From a virus (taxonomy: Duplodnaviria; Caudoviricetes), in IMG/VR virus record IMGVR_UViG_3300046092_000227, positions 1 through 51,371 of that record: a DNA stretch of 51,371 nucleotides. One strand, 5' to 3'. The notes under the pieces are model-generated. The model ran no database searches. It saw only the letters and a list, made by a program, of their open reading frames with translations, and had not been told where the DNA came from. Shown one piece after another: positions 9,068-18,571 of this stretch. Each line of letters begins with the position of its first letter. Position 1 is the first letter of the stretch. The position numbers were made by a program, and so were the translations under genes.

Positions 9068-9289
9068 TTATTCTTGGGAAGTGCCGCTGGTCGGACTTGA
9101 ATCAACAACTTCATACCAAACATAACATCCATCTACATCGCTCAACGTGTCATGTCTAGAGTTCTTGCCTTCATTATCAAACCATCCGTTTCTAAAGATT
9201 GCCTTATAAGACCAGACGCACGAACCGCTAGTGTCTGCAAAACAAAGTTTAACGCTGGTGTTTTCCTGTAATTTGCCTTTGTTTTTCAT
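9068..9289 (-). CDS. Hypothetical protein
   Basis: 73 aa ORF in the array. Confidence 0.55.
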   Translation of the reverse strand: MKNKGKLQENTSVKLCFADTSGSCVWSYKAIFRNGWFDNEGKNSRHDTLSDVDGCYVWYEVVDSSPTSGTSQE

Positions 9290-9304
9290 ATTGTAAACTA
9301 TTAT

Positions 9305-9562
9305 TTAGATATATTGGATAGTTTTTGTAGTTGTTTTATTAAGTCTTTTGTCAAACAGGTTGTAGGCGTGTTTCTTGATAGCTTCTTTAGCTATTTCAAT
9401 CGAAGTAAATTTTCCGCCCCAATTTTCTGCGTTTTCCCAAAAATCCCCATTTATATCAAGGTACTGATAATTAAAAAACGATCCATATTTCACCCAATAA
9501 TAAATTTCCCCGCTTGTGTTTGTCTCCAAGATTTTATAGGTTTTTTTAAATGGATTAATCAT
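9305..9562 (-). CDS. Hypothetical protein
   Basis: 85 aa ORF whose start overlaps the upstream stop. Confidence 0.6.
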   Translation of the reverse strand: MINPFKKTYKILETNTSGEIYYWVKYGSFFNYQYLDINGDFWENAENWGGKFTSIEIAKEAIKKHAYNLFDKRLNKTTTKTIQYI

Positions 9563-9755
9563 CTGAAAAATTAGAATTTGTTTTTCTCCTGCATTGACCG
9601 TATGTGTTTTCGGTTATTTTCCAACCAATGAAACAAGAAACTTTTTTCCAGATAGGCGACCAACCAAAACCATGTTGGATGTTTACTTCATCCTCGCGTT
9701 TAATCTTTTCGCCGATTGTTAAAAGTCTCATGTTATTAAAGGATTTTTTATTCAT
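9555..9755 (-). CDS. Hypothetical protein
   Basis: 66 aa ORF. Confidence 0.55.
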   Translation of the reverse strand: MNKKSFNNMRLLTIGEKIKREDEVNIQHGFGWSPIWKKVSCFIGWKITENTYGQCRRKTNSNFSDD

Positions 9756-9849
9756 GGAGTAATGTGCTTCGTTTATTCAACAACTGGCTCCGACGAAGCT
9801 CGCGGAAAGTGTGTGTCTTATTCTTTTTTGGTTTTTAAAAGCCTCGCAT

Positions 9850-10077
9850 TTATGTTAGAAAAGCATAAAACAAAACAGTTTCGTCAAAACTATAATCGCG
9901 ATAATCCAAGATGTCAACATATTTCGCCACTGTTACGCGAGGATATGAGGGAGAGTTCATTACGTTTGTCAAAACAAGAATTGCTCTTTCTTTATTGAAA
10001 TGACGAAAGATCGAATCGTCTTCTTGAATGTCGCGCCAGAAAATATCAGTTTTGCCGTTGTTGTCAAGGGGATTCAT
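9850..10077 (-). CDS. Hypothetical protein
   Basis: 75 aa ORF directly after the tRNA. Confidence 0.55.
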   Translation of the reverse strand: MNPLDNNGKTDIFWRDIQEDDSIFRHFNKERAILVLTNVMNSPSYPRVTVAKYVDILDYRDYSFDETVLFYAFLT

Positions 10078-10099
10078 TATTTTTCTTTAATGGAGAAAT

Positions 10100-10175
10100 T
10101 GGTACTCAGTGAGGGATTCGAACCCACAACCAAGGAATTATGAGTTCCCTGCTCTAACCATTGAGCTAACCGAGT
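10100..10175 (-). tRNA. tRNA with CAT anticodon, most likely tRNA-Ile2 (lysidine type)
   Basis: ACTCGGT-TAGCTCAATGGTTAGAGCA-GGGAA-CTCATAA-TTCCT-TGGTT-GTGGG-TTCGAAT-CCCTC-ACTGAGT-A-CCA, 76 nt. D and anticodon arms resemble E. coli ileX. It lacks the initiator C1:A72 mismatch. Confidence 0.9.
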
Positions 10176-10181
10176 AAAATT

Positions 10182-10415
10182 TTAAAATTGAATTCTCTTT
10201 ACTTCTGGAAGAATGCGCTCAATGAAGTCATTGGGAGATACGCAATCAACTCTTCTGCTAAATAAAGAGCCATCGGAGTTAGTGATTTTGTTATAAGAGT
10301 CGATACAATATTTTTGGCAAAAACAACCGTGTGAATTAACAAAAAACTGATCTATTTTAACATCGCCAAAAGTGAGCCTTTTAGTTTCTTCTTCTTGTTT
10401 GAGAATGAATTGCAT
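10182..10415 (-). CDS. Hypothetical protein
   Basis: 77 aa ORF. Confidence 0.6.
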   Translation of the reverse strand: MQFILKQEEETKRLTFGDVKIDQFFVNSHGCFCQKYCIDSYNKITNSDGSLFSRRVDCVSPNDFIERILPEVKRIQF

Positions 10416-10442
10416 ATTTGTTTGTTTGAAAATGTTTACTGC

Positions 10443-10628
10443 TTAGTCAATTCTAACATAATCCTCTCCTTCTGTCAAGTTGCAAATATTTATTTTCCAA
10501 TTTTCATCGTCGATTTCTTCGCCCGAAATAAATTTTTCTGATTCCCACCAAGTATTCCAGCAGCAACCATCGCCGCATTCAGAGCCATTGTCAACCAAAA
10601 TATAGCAGTCTTGTATTAGTTTAATCAT
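10443..10628 (-). CDS. Small acidic Cys-containing protein
   Basis: 61 aa ORF with ECGDGCCW and its own TTGACA promoter. Confidence 0.6.
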   Translation of the reverse strand: MIKLIQDCYILVDNGSECGDGCCWNTWWESEKFISGEEIDDENWKINICNLTEGEDYVRID

Positions 10629-10705
10629 TTTTTAAAATAGTCTATTTTGGTTATTTGTCAAGTTTTTTGTTGATATTTGTTTTGCGCGACTGTAAAGTAG
10701 AAAGA

Positions 10706-11332
10706 ATGAAAGCATCTTCCTTGGCTAAAAAAATGTTACGCGAGTTCCCTGAGGAAGTCCAGAACTATTTCTTTTATTTGGATAAAAAATGCCAAAAGAA
10801 TAACATAACCTTGAGGCTTTCCTCTGGCTTTTGTGTTAATAACGTTGGCAGATGTTCGGGGTATTTTGATAGTCTTGGAGGTGAATTAGCTGTGGCGTTG
10901 AAAAGAGGATGGGAACACAGTTTTGCTGTTGCTATTCATGAAAGCGCGCACCTTGACCAAAAAAATGATTTTAAGAGTATTTGGCACTCAGAAATTGCGG
11001 AGGAACACTCTTTATTCTTTCAATGGCTTGGCGGAAAAAACTTTAAAAATCCTGAGAAATTTGCATTATCTGCAATGCTTCTCGAAAGAGATTGTGAAAG
11101 ACGCGCACTAAAATTAATTCGCCAAAAATACTCTCACCTTATTGATCCAGAAAAGTATATACTTAGGTCAAATTGTTATCTTGCGGGACACGCTTGGATT
11201 TTAAAAAATAGAAGATGGTTTAGGAAAAGCCCTTACGTTTCTAAATTAATGGCTCATTGTCCATCAAAACTAATAAAATCATTTGATGACATACCAGAGA
11301 ATTTGACATTGGCAATGGATAGATTTCTCTAA
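10706..11332 (+). CDS. HExxH zincin-like metallopeptidase
   Basis: AIHESAHLDQ with downstream LERDCE; start moved to MKASS after CTGTAA. Confidence 0.7.
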   Translation: MKASSLAKKMLREFPEEVQNYFFYLDKKCQKNNITLRLSSGFCVNNVGRCSGYFDSLGGELAVALKRGWEHSFAVAIHESAHLDQKNDFKSIWHSEIAEEHSLFFQWLGGKNFKNPEKFALSAMLLERDCERRALKLIRQKYSHLIDPEKYILRSNCYLAGHAWILKNRRWFRKSPYVSKLMAHCPSKLIKSFDDIPENLTLAMDRFL

Positions 11333-11356
11333 GGAGAACGTTCCATTAAAGCAAAA

Positions 11357-11382
11357 AACCCACACCCGAAAGAGTGTGGGTT
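11357..11382. terminator. Rho-independent terminator between convergent genes
   Basis: AACCCACAC-N8-GTGTGGGTT hairpin with a run of A on the left, which reads as a U-tract on the minus strand. Confidence 0.8.
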
Positions 11383-11401
11383 AATTATTGGGAATTATTT
11401 T

Positions 11402-11578
11402 TTACTTTTTCTTAAGATTCAGAGCCAACCAAGAAACAGCTTTTTGAGCATAGCCGATATATTTATTCTCGGAATCTCCAGGGATAAGATTAGCGACAAG
11501 GGATGCAACAGTGACAACTCCAGTCACGATGGCAACGATTGTTTCAGCATTAGCGTAGATGTAATTGATGATTTCCAT
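11402..11578 (-). CDS. Holin-like small membrane protein (58 aa, not in ORF track)
   Basis: MEIINYIYANAETIVAIVTGVVTVASLVANLIPGDSENKYIGYAQKAVSWLALNLKKK: a TM helix, amphipathic helix and basic tail, with GTGTAA upstream. Confidence 0.65.
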   Translation of the reverse strand: MEIINYIYANAETIVAIVTGVVTVASLVANLIPGDSENKYIGYAQKAVSWLALNLKKK

Positions 11579-11761
11579 AGATATTTAAAAGGGGGTCTAT
11601 AGAACTTTACACCTAAATTTTCCACATTTCCGCCCATAGTCTTTGAGATGATCTTCTGACTCTGTTTTGCAATGAAACTTTTTTATTGCGTCCATATAAA
11701 AACCATAGAGCAATACTGATTATTTTTAAACCCCACCAAGTGATAAGTCTTGTGATTATTT

Positions 11762-12205
11762 TCAAGAGTCAAATTCTACATTGTGAATATTCGCCATGAC
11801 AAAATGCTTAGCCCAAGATGGGTAATCTAATTCAAAAGGATTTAAAACTCCAAATTTATCCTTACTCCAAAAAGATCCGTTTTCCCAGACAACCTCCCAA
11901 TCAAGTCCACCGCTGCCAGAAACGATATTATTATAAGACAATGATTTAATTTTATCGCCCAAATAAATTTTTTTACCCGCCGAATCCTCGTAACCAGTCC
12001 AAGGTTCTACGGAAAATTCTCTTGGAGAATGAACTTCGCTAAATTCACCATCAGGTGAGTTAATAAGTTCTACGATTTCCCCCGAAGTGGACAATAAAAA
12101 ATCACTTGTCGTTATCTGATTTGACGGCCAAAATTGGCTATTGGTATAAAGATTATGTTTTTTACTAAAAATTCTAATATTCAAAATTCGATCCTCCCTT
12201 TCCAA
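11762..12205 (-). CDS. YopX-family protein
   Basis: IRIF...PWTGYEDSAGKKIYLGDKI...VMANIH. Confidence 0.75.
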   Translation of the reverse strand: MEREDRILNIRIFSKKHNLYTNSQFWPSNQITTSDFLLSTSGEIVELINSPDGEFSEVHSPREFSVEPWTGYEDSAGKKIYLGDKIKSLSYNNIVSGSGGLDWEVVWENGSFWSKDKFGVLNPFELDYPSWAKHFVMANIHNVEFDS

Positions 12206-12544
12206 GCTCTAATAAAATCTTCTTTTAATTCCAAACTAATACCCCAACTTGTTATAATTGACAGATACAAAAATACAAAAGGGTATCCTACTGGAGCTAA
12301 AATTAAAATCAATAACCTTCTAAGGAAGGTGTTTTTTATTTCATCTATTCTCATTTAATATTAACCTTTCTTATTGAAAATATTCAAAGTATTTTATTGG
12401 TTCTGAATTTACAATCGGGCGAGGTGCAAAATAATTGATGCCTATTGGCCGATAAAAATTTAAAACACTTTGGGCAAATTCCAAAAGCTGAAATTATTTT
12501 ATTAACCCAGTAATTAGTGCGGAGAATTAATTTGTGCATTAAAA

Positions 12545-12901
12545 TTAATAACCTTCCAAGAAACTCTTTAAATTATAAAGATTAGTTGCGGCGGAGCATC
12601 CAAAATCAGGGGTGAACCCGAAATCATTTTCTAAAATTTTAAAAACGTCATTCAACTGAAATTCTAATTCTTCATTAGCACTCTCTAGTTCGTCATTAGA
12701 GTCTTCTAAATCTGATTTTATTTGTTCGTAATTACGGATTTCATCTTCCAAATATTCAATTTGATCTAATAGTGAATTTTTAGTTGACCCAGCAGATGTT
12801 TCACTAATTTGAATTACTGTTTTGTCACCCAATGGATAAGTTCTGGAGATTGGATAACGGTTAAAATCAAAGTCTTCAACGATTAGAGTACCCGTGTTCA
12901 T
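12545..12901 (-). CDS. Coiled-coil hypothetical protein
   Basis: Acidic heptad-repeat segment. Confidence 0.65.
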   Translation of the reverse strand: MNTGTLIVEDFDFNRYPISRTYPLGDKTVIQISETSAGSTKNSLLDQIEYLEDEIRNYEQIKSDLEDSNDELESANEELEFQLNDVFKILENDFGFTPDFGCSAATNLYNLKSFLEGY

Positions 12902-12980
12902 TTTTTATTTGGAGTGGAGAATGTTAATATTAAATAATATCATGTTTTGCGTAATTGTCAATATTTATTGTGGGTGATTT

Positions 12981-13196
12981 TTAATCATTCAAATCTTCCT
13001 CCCATTTTTCAAAAAGATCCTCGCAGTGATTAGTGATGAACTCAGTAATATCTACTCCCTTGTAGAAAACGTTTTCGATAACCCTTCTTGCTGAAATCGG
13101 TGGATCTCCGAGGGAAAACATAAATTCACCAGAACTTTTTTGTGCGGGTAAAATTGCAACGTCGAAGCTTAAGTTGGGGTAGGATGGATGATTCAT
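12981..13196 (-). CDS. Hypothetical protein
   Basis: 71 aa ORF with TTGACA-N16-TAAATT-6nt-ATG upstream. Confidence 0.65.
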   Translation of the reverse strand: MNHPSYPNLSFDVAILPAQKSSGEFMFSLGDPPISARRVIENVFYKGVDITEFITNHCEDLFEKWEEDLND

Positions 13197-13226
13197 AATC
13201 TTAATTTACTCATTAATTGGGGTTTG

Positions 13227-14036
13227 TCAAGCGTCTTGTTCTCCTTTAACTGTTAAAGGCAAAATTTTATTCATAAACTCTACTGGGGAAGTTTTTTCAT
13301 CATAATCTACTGGTGCGTAATTTTTTGAATCCCAAATATATAAAAGATCACAATCCCGCCAGTCGGAATAATTTTGATATTCGTTTTCCCAATGAACAAC
13401 TAATGTATGTTCTTTCCAACCTTTTGCCGTTTTCCAGATTCTATTGAGGGAGTTAGCATAATTGCTATGTGGAAGCTCTGAATAAACTACCCACATTCCA
13501 TCAACAATATCATTATATTCTAGGCCGAATTTTAATTTATTTTCATTTTCTTTCGCCGATTTAATTAGTAAATCCCTAATAGCTCGCCATTCTGGATTTC
13601 TATACGCGCTCTCCACATAAATATAGGGGGAAGATAAATTATGTTTTTGCGAGGCTATAAAGTCTTCGGCATTTTCCCTAATAAAAAATGCCTGTTCGAA
13701 ACGGTCGATGAGTTTAATATGACGAATCTCCCAATCATCTGGGTCAAAATCATCATCTGAAACTGGGCACTTGGGCATGGGGTTGTCAATTTCTTCGCCG
13801 CTAGCATCAATACTAGTAGTGCGATAAGCCGTAGCCAGATAGTATGCTGATTCTAGGTCTTCAAATTCTTGGGGCGAAAGTTCTGTATAATCATCATCGC
13901 CAGATTTCAAGTAAACAGCTTTGTCGTAATCAAAATTGCTATCAACACAGATTTCCTGTTTACTATATACAACATATATAGGGTCAGAAGTCCCCAAATG
14001 ATTCTGTGTTAAAATGGATTGTAGATTTTTAATCAT
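13227..14036 (-). CDS. Ead/Ea22-like domain protein with C-terminal extension
   Basis: TSDPIYVV...AFFIRENAEDFI..QKHNL..PYIYVESAYRNPEW resembles the P22 Ead-associated domain (recalled). Confidence 0.65.
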   Translation of the reverse strand: MIKNLQSILTQNHLGTSDPIYVVYSKQEICVDSNFDYDKAVYLKSGDDDYTELSPQEFEDLESAYYLATAYRTTSIDASGEEIDNPMPKCPVSDDDFDPDDWEIRHIKLIDRFEQAFFIRENAEDFIASQKHNLSSPYIYVESAYRNPEWRAIRDLLIKSAKENENKLKFGLEYNDIVDGMWVVYSELPHSNYANSLNRIWKTAKGWKEHTLVVHWENEYQNYSDWRDCDLLYIWDSKNYAPVDYDEKTSPVEFMNKILPLTVKGEQDA

Positions 14037-14201
14037 GATGTTTTTGATAATTTATTTTACCTTCTGGCCAATATAAAAACTTTATGGAAGAAGTCAAATA
14101 CTAATCGAAAAAAATAATATGGAGTCATAACTGCCATCCACAACAGTGTGAATAGTAGAGCCAAAATTTTGAAAGAAAATAAGTAAGTGATGAGTTTGAT
14201 T

Positions 14202-14558
14202 TTATTCTTCCCAAAGATTTAATGTTTTAAGAAATGCTTCAGCACGTTGGTCTGCGGCGGCGTGAACTGCTGTAAAAAAATAAACCTTATTCCAATCAGA
14301 TTCTGCATCTGGAAAAGCACATAACTCACGCAAGTGAAACCAATAATCACCTTCTTTGCAGAGCCTTTCAATAATTTTCTCCGCCTCATGCATGGCATTA
14401 AGGTCATTTAGATAATCTGGGATAGCTTCTAAATACCATTTTTTATTCGGTTTTTCGGGGGGTGTGAGAAGAAGCGGCCATCCTGAATCCGAAAAGTCTT
14501 TCAATTTTTTCCACCCAACAGCTTCTGCGATTTTAATTTGCTGTTTTTCTTTGTTCAT
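14202..14558 (-). CDS. Phage ABA-sandwich-like protein
   Basis: KIAEAVGW...PDYLNDLNAMHEAE...QRAEAFLK pattern. Confidence 0.65.
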   Translation of the reverse strand: MNKEKQQIKIAEAVGWKKLKDFSDSGWPLLLTPPEKPNKKWYLEAIPDYLNDLNAMHEAEKIIERLCKEGDYWFHLRELCAFPDAESDWNKVYFFTAVHAAADQRAEAFLKTLNLWEE

Positions 14559-14564
14559 AATTTG

Positions 14565-14942
14565 TTATTTGATGAAGCTTGAAACTTTCTCCAAGATGTA
14601 CATACGAGGAGCAATTAGAGGATAAAACACATCCATAATATGACTCCAAAAAGTAATATTTGCGATAATAAAGTAACCTACATTAAAAACAACTAATGGC
14701 AAATCACCATAATTAGCTTTAAAATAACATTCACTCTCTTTACATTTGATGTGAATAAAGATGGCGCTCAAGATAGCAATAAATGCAATCAGCGGAACCA
14801 CAAGCTCTGACACTGCTCCCCACATGAGAATTTCTTTGCCAAGTTCAGGGGTTTGTGTTTCCACAAATTTTGCTACATCTTCTGCGGTTTTCATACCGCC
14901 AGCGAGTAATTTTTCAAAGTAAGGTTTGTATATTTCGTCCAT
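14565..14942 (-). CDS. Two-TM membrane protein
   Basis: Two hydrophobic helices and a C-terminal IAPRMYIL. Confidence 0.7.
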   Translation of the reverse strand: MDEIYKPYFEKLLAGGMKTAEDVAKFVETQTPELGKEILMWGAVSELVVPLIAFIAILSAIFIHIKCKESECYFKANYGDLPLVVFNVGYFIIANITFWSHIMDVFYPLIAPRMYILEKVSSFIK

Positions 14943-14948
14943 ATTATC

Positions 14949-15200
14949 TTAAGTGATTTCTGAGTTTATAAAGTGCTGTTCGTGCATTGCTAGTAATGCG
15001 GCACGCAGTTGGTCAATTTTATGAGCCATACGAAGCTCATTCTCCTCATGTTTGCGCTTAATATCTTGCAGTTCATTTCTCTGGCGTTCAAGCATTTGTG
15101 CGAAAGCTAACATTTCGCTATAGACGTATTCGTCTCTGCACGCTGCTATTAAATTCCTATTTAAAGCGTCTGTTTGGGGTGTTGGCGGTAATTCATTCAT
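14949..15200 (-). CDS. Hypothetical protein
   Basis: Start moved to MNELPPTPQTD. Confidence 0.6.
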   Translation of the reverse strand: MNELPPTPQTDALNRNLIAACRDEYVYSEMLAFAQMLERQRNELQDIKRKHEENELRMAHKIDQLRAALLAMHEQHFINSEIT

Positions 15201-15201
15201 A

Positions 15202-15444
15202 TTAGAGACGGAATAGTGGAATAACTTGGCTATGAAAGATGCAATCAATTTCACTGCCGCGCACAACGTCGAATCCGTCAACAGCATCTTTGTTGGTTGC
15301 AGTGACAAATTGTTCTAGCTTTTCAAATGCTGGAACTGACATAACAGATTTAAATTCTTTTAAATGCTGTTGCTGAATGTCTAAACCTTGCTGTTTAGTA
15401 AAGTTTAAATCTTTTTGTGCTTGGGTGCGATGCGTTGTTTTCAT
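15202..15444 (-). CDS. Hypothetical protein
   Basis: Start moved to MKTTHR after a TTGACT promoter. Confidence 0.55.
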   Translation of the reverse strand: MKTTHRTQAQKDLNFTKQQGLDIQQQHLKEFKSVMSVPAFEKLEQFVTATNKDAVDGFDVVRGSEIDCIFHSQVIPLFRL

Positions 15445-15480
15445 ACTATAATATGGCTGGGTTTCCGATTCAGTCAACTG

Positions 15481-16071
15481 TTATTCACGAATAATTCCAG
15501 CTTTTACGCCATGCAAATTGTCAAAGTTACTCTCTTGCTGTTTGGTTGCCATTGCTGCAAGAACTCTTTCTAAGCTAATGGGGCGATAGGCATGGCAATC
15601 CACACCAACATCAAAGCTCTTGGAGTTGGGATCATCTGGCAGAGTGCCATGCGAATGACCATACAAGTGCAGCGCTCCTCTGTGGCTTTGATTCCATACC
15701 CTCATTGCATAGTGGCACAAAACAAATTGATGACCCTCAATTTTAGTCTCCAGAAATTCTGGGTAAATGGTTATTTTAGTCCCCATGCCATGTGGCACAG
15801 AGTAAAACCATTTGAGAAAAGGCTTGTCATGGTTGCCTTTGATGAAATGCATGTGCTTGAAGTTGAGTCGTTGCATCACATCGTTGACTTGATCAACGTC
15901 ACCAAATGCAAAGTCACCAAGATGATAAACAATATCATCAGTAGTCATTACATTGTTCCAATTAGCAACGAGAGTTTCATTCATATCTTGCGCATCAGCA
16001 AAAGGCCGATTGCAGTATTTGATGATGTTAGAATGGTAAAAGTGCGTATCGCTTGTGAAGAATGTTTTCAT
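15481..16071 (-). CDS. Calcineurin-like metallophosphoesterase
   Basis: SDTHF, HLGDF, KGNHD, HLYGHSHG and DVGVD motifs. Confidence 0.9.
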   Translation of the reverse strand: MKTFFTSDTHFYHSNIIKYCNRPFADAQDMNETLVANWNNVMTTDDIVYHLGDFAFGDVDQVNDVMQRLNFKHMHFIKGNHDKPFLKWFYSVPHGMGTKITIYPEFLETKIEGHQFVLCHYAMRVWNQSHRGALHLYGHSHGTLPDDPNSKSFDVGVDCHAYRPISLERVLAAMATKQQESNFDNLHGVKAGIIRE

Positions 16072-16088
16072 ATTTTATTTATTTTTTA

Positions 16089-16340
16089 TTATTCTGGAGT
16101 GACAGTAAATGGATCTGTAATCAATTTGAAGCTACTCTCATGACCATCAAAGATTTGATAAAGTTCTCTGTAGGGTTCTGCCCAAGAAATGCCATCAGTA
16201 AGGCTAACGAGAACGTAATCTCCTGGCGGCTGTAGTTCGGCCACGATATATAATTCTTGTGAATCCTCTTCAATATAGAATTGACCAACATCAATTTTTG
16301 ATTCTTGCTTTTCTTTTGTGTATTTGATTTTGTTTTGCAT
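16089..16340 (-). CDS. Hypothetical protein
   Basis: 83 aa ORF. Confidence 0.6.
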   Translation of the reverse strand: MQNKIKYTKEKQESKIDVGQFYIEEDSQELYIVAELQPPGDYVLVSLTDGISWAEPYRELYQIFDGHESSFKLITDPFTVTPE

Positions 16341-16353
16341 ATTTTTTTTTATT

Positions 16354-16572
16354 TTATTCTTTGTCTGTGAAATTAAAAAATGTATTAAACTTTTCGTTTA
16401 AAAGGTATCCTATATAAAACATGGTCATAACAGAAACCGTGAGCAGCGAAAATAAACAAAATACTGGTGGGATACAGTTTTCTTTACATTTCTGTTTGGA
16501 GTTATCCAAGCGAATAAGAAAAGCCGCGATAAGTACCCCGACAGTATAGGTGATAATTGGAATTAGATTCAT
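16354..16572 (-). CDS. Small two-TM membrane protein
   Basis: Two hydrophobic segments. Confidence 0.6.
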   Translation of the reverse strand: MNLIPIITYTVGVLIAAFLIRLDNSKQKCKENCIPPVFCLFSLLTVSVMTMFYIGYLLNEKFNTFFNFTDKE

Positions 16573-16913
16573 AATATATTATTTTTTATTCGTATACTTT
16601 GATGTGTGCCTTCTCTGTAGTTAGAAGAGAAATTAGGATTTCCAAAATTTCAATTTTGTCACTTTTTGCGTATTCTTCTTGATTATAAGGTGTATTAACG
16701 CCTTCCATGATGCAATCAAACATTTGTTCTGCAATTTTATCGTTCATAATTTAATGATTTTTGTTTTTTCTAGCTCTACTTCTTCAGAAAAACCGCAGTG
16801 TTCTTTGGCGACTTTCTCCGCTTTCTCTTTGCTTGAGTAAGCTCCAACTATCTCAGTCCCATAATCGCATTCTTGATAAACGATATAAATGATTGGTTGT
16901 TTCATTGTTTACT

Positions 16914-17132
16914 CTACTCTTGGCGAATAGCTTTGTCAAGTGTTAAAAATTTCTCCGCTTCAGAAATTGCGGCAAGATAACGTTTCAGAGGTTGACAGTC
17001 ATCATCACAAAGATGCCAATCTTTCTTTGAGTGATGAAAATTAGAACAATCTCCGCTTGGCGAGTGTTTTAATAGATTTTTTATTATTTCTTTTGCTTGT
17101 TTGATTGAGTTATTCAATGTCTTTCCTTCCAT
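16914..17132 (-). CDS. Small His/Cys protein
   Basis: C..FHH.....H.C...C pattern. Confidence 0.55.
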   Translation of the reverse strand: MEGKTLNNSIKQAKEIIKNLLKHSPSGDCSNFHHSKKDWHLCDDDCQPLKRYLAAISEAEKFLTLDKAIRQE

Positions 17133-17308
17133 TTGAATTCAGTCTTGTCGGCGCAGATTATCATCCATTCGGCATAACCAAGTTTAATCGCTTCTTCTTT
17201 TAAGCTATCGCTTCGTTCCGCTACGTCAGCAAGAACATAAAAAGAAACAAGTAGAGCAAATGCTAATATAGTCAAATAACAAATTAATGTACTTTCATTT
17301 TCAGTCAT
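17114..17308 (-). CDS. Small membrane-anchored protein (paralog B)
   Basis: TM helix followed by LKEEAIKLGYAEW...EFKWKE. Confidence 0.7.
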   Translation of the reverse strand: MTENESTLICYLTILAFALLVSFYVLADVAERSDSLKEEAIKLGYAEWMIICADKTEFKWKERH

Positions 17309-17309
17309 A

Positions 17310-17504
17310 TTATTTGCTTTCTTTCCATTTGAATTCTATTTTATCTTGTCCAACTACAGCCCACTCTGCGAAACCACGCTCAATAGCTTCTTGTTTAAGC
17401 GTGTCTCGTTGTTTAGCGGCCACAAGCGTGCAAATAACCGCCAAAATCATCACGGTAGACAAACAAATCAAATCATATCTAGTGTCATATCTAGTGTCAT
17501 TCAT
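17310..17504 (-). CDS. Small membrane-anchored protein (paralog A)
   Basis: TM helix followed by LKQEAIERGFAEW...EFKWKE. Confidence 0.7.
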   Translation of the reverse strand: MNDTRYDTRYDLICLSTVMILAVICTLVAAKQRDTLKQEAIERGFAEWAVVGQDKIEFKWKESK

Positions 17505-17505
17505 A

Positions 17506-17865
17506 TTATTTTTCTTTTAAATCGTCGGTTCTTAATTTTCTGATTTCAGTTCTTAACTTTTCACCCAATTTAATGTTTTTTATTTTAGTGAGTTTATAGA
17601 TAACGTCACATGCTTTTGTTAAACCATAATTGAATTCTGTTTTTGATCTGATCTTTTGTTGCTCAATTTTATGTTCTTGACGCTTTCTTAAGCCCTCTAA
17701 CTTTCTAAAGAAATCAGGATTTGCTAATTTAATACCTTTGCAGCAAGAGCAGTCTTTCAAGGCGCGAGCAATATCTGGCCCATCGTAATCGCCATACGCT
17801 GTAATGTTGCGATATTCGTTGTGACCGCAAGTTTCACACACAAAAAGTTCTGTATAAGTAGCCAT
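17506..17865 (-). CDS. Putative zinc-binding protein
   Basis: CETC and CSCC motifs. Confidence 0.6.
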   Translation of the reverse strand: MATYTELFVCETCGHNEYRNITAYGDYDGPDIARALKDCSCCKGIKLANPDFFRKLEGLRKRQEHKIEQQKIRSKTEFNYGLTKACDVIYKLTKIKNIKLGEKLRTEIRKLRTDDLKEK

Positions 17866-18227
17866 TAGTTTAAAATGTTTGCAGTGTTGTCGATTCGTTC
17901 TAGAATGAATTGCTCTTCGTGTTCTTCTGGCACTCCGCCAGTATGAACAACGCTTTTATCTTCCAAACCATAAGAGAGTGCGCCCCATTCAGTAACAGGT
18001 TGCTCAAATTCCAAGAACAATGTCATGACATCATTCAAGGCTTCGTTATAGCTTTCTACGCTTTGATAGTAAAATTTAGCAGCTTCGCTCGCTGAGGTTT
18101 TCATTTGGTTAACCAAATGAACGATTTCGTCGTTTCTCCAATTGTTGCGTTTTAGTTTTTGCATAGAATAAAGATAGCGAGATAACCGATAAGTCAATTC
18201 TTTTTTCAATAATTTTAATGATACCAT
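17865..18227 (-). CDS. Hypothetical protein
   Basis: 120 aa ORF coupled to its neighbours. Confidence 0.55.
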   Translation of the reverse strand: MVSLKLLKKELTYRLSRYLYSMQKLKRNNWRNDEIVHLVNQMKTSASEAAKFYYQSVESYNEALNDVMTLFLEFEQPVTEWGALSYGLEDKSVVHTGGVPEEHEEQFILERIDNTANILN

Positions 18228-18571
18228 TCGATGCGCCCATCTAAATAATGAACCGCAATTTCAAACGCATCTTCTTCAAAGAAGCGATAGCCCTTGCCTT
18301 TTTCCTGATGTTTAGAGGGATGTTCCCCGTAAAATATTGGTTCATCAGTGCCTAAGCTAGGCTCGCACCACCTGTCACCGCAACAAGCGCAGTCTATGTC
18401 ATTTGCAACGCCATTAAAGTATAATCCAATGTCTTCACCGCGACTTGATGCATGACTAGCATCAACAGCTTCAATAATGACGTAGCGAGTAATGCCTTTT
18501 TCTTTATTGCATTTAAAGTGTCCGCCAGAGTTGTTCTGGTAGAATGTAAAGAATTGTGTTTTTATTTTCAT
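18215..18571 (-). CDS. Conserved phage protein (QNNSGG family)
   Basis: FFTFYQNNSGG...IIEA...DCACCGDRW. Confidence 0.8.
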   Translation of the reverse strand: MKIKTQFFTFYQNNSGGHFKCNKEKGITRYVIIEAVDASHASSRGEDIGLYFNGVANDIDCACCGDRWCEPSLGTDEPIFYGEHPSKHQEKGKGYRFFEEDAFEIAVHYLDGRIEWYH

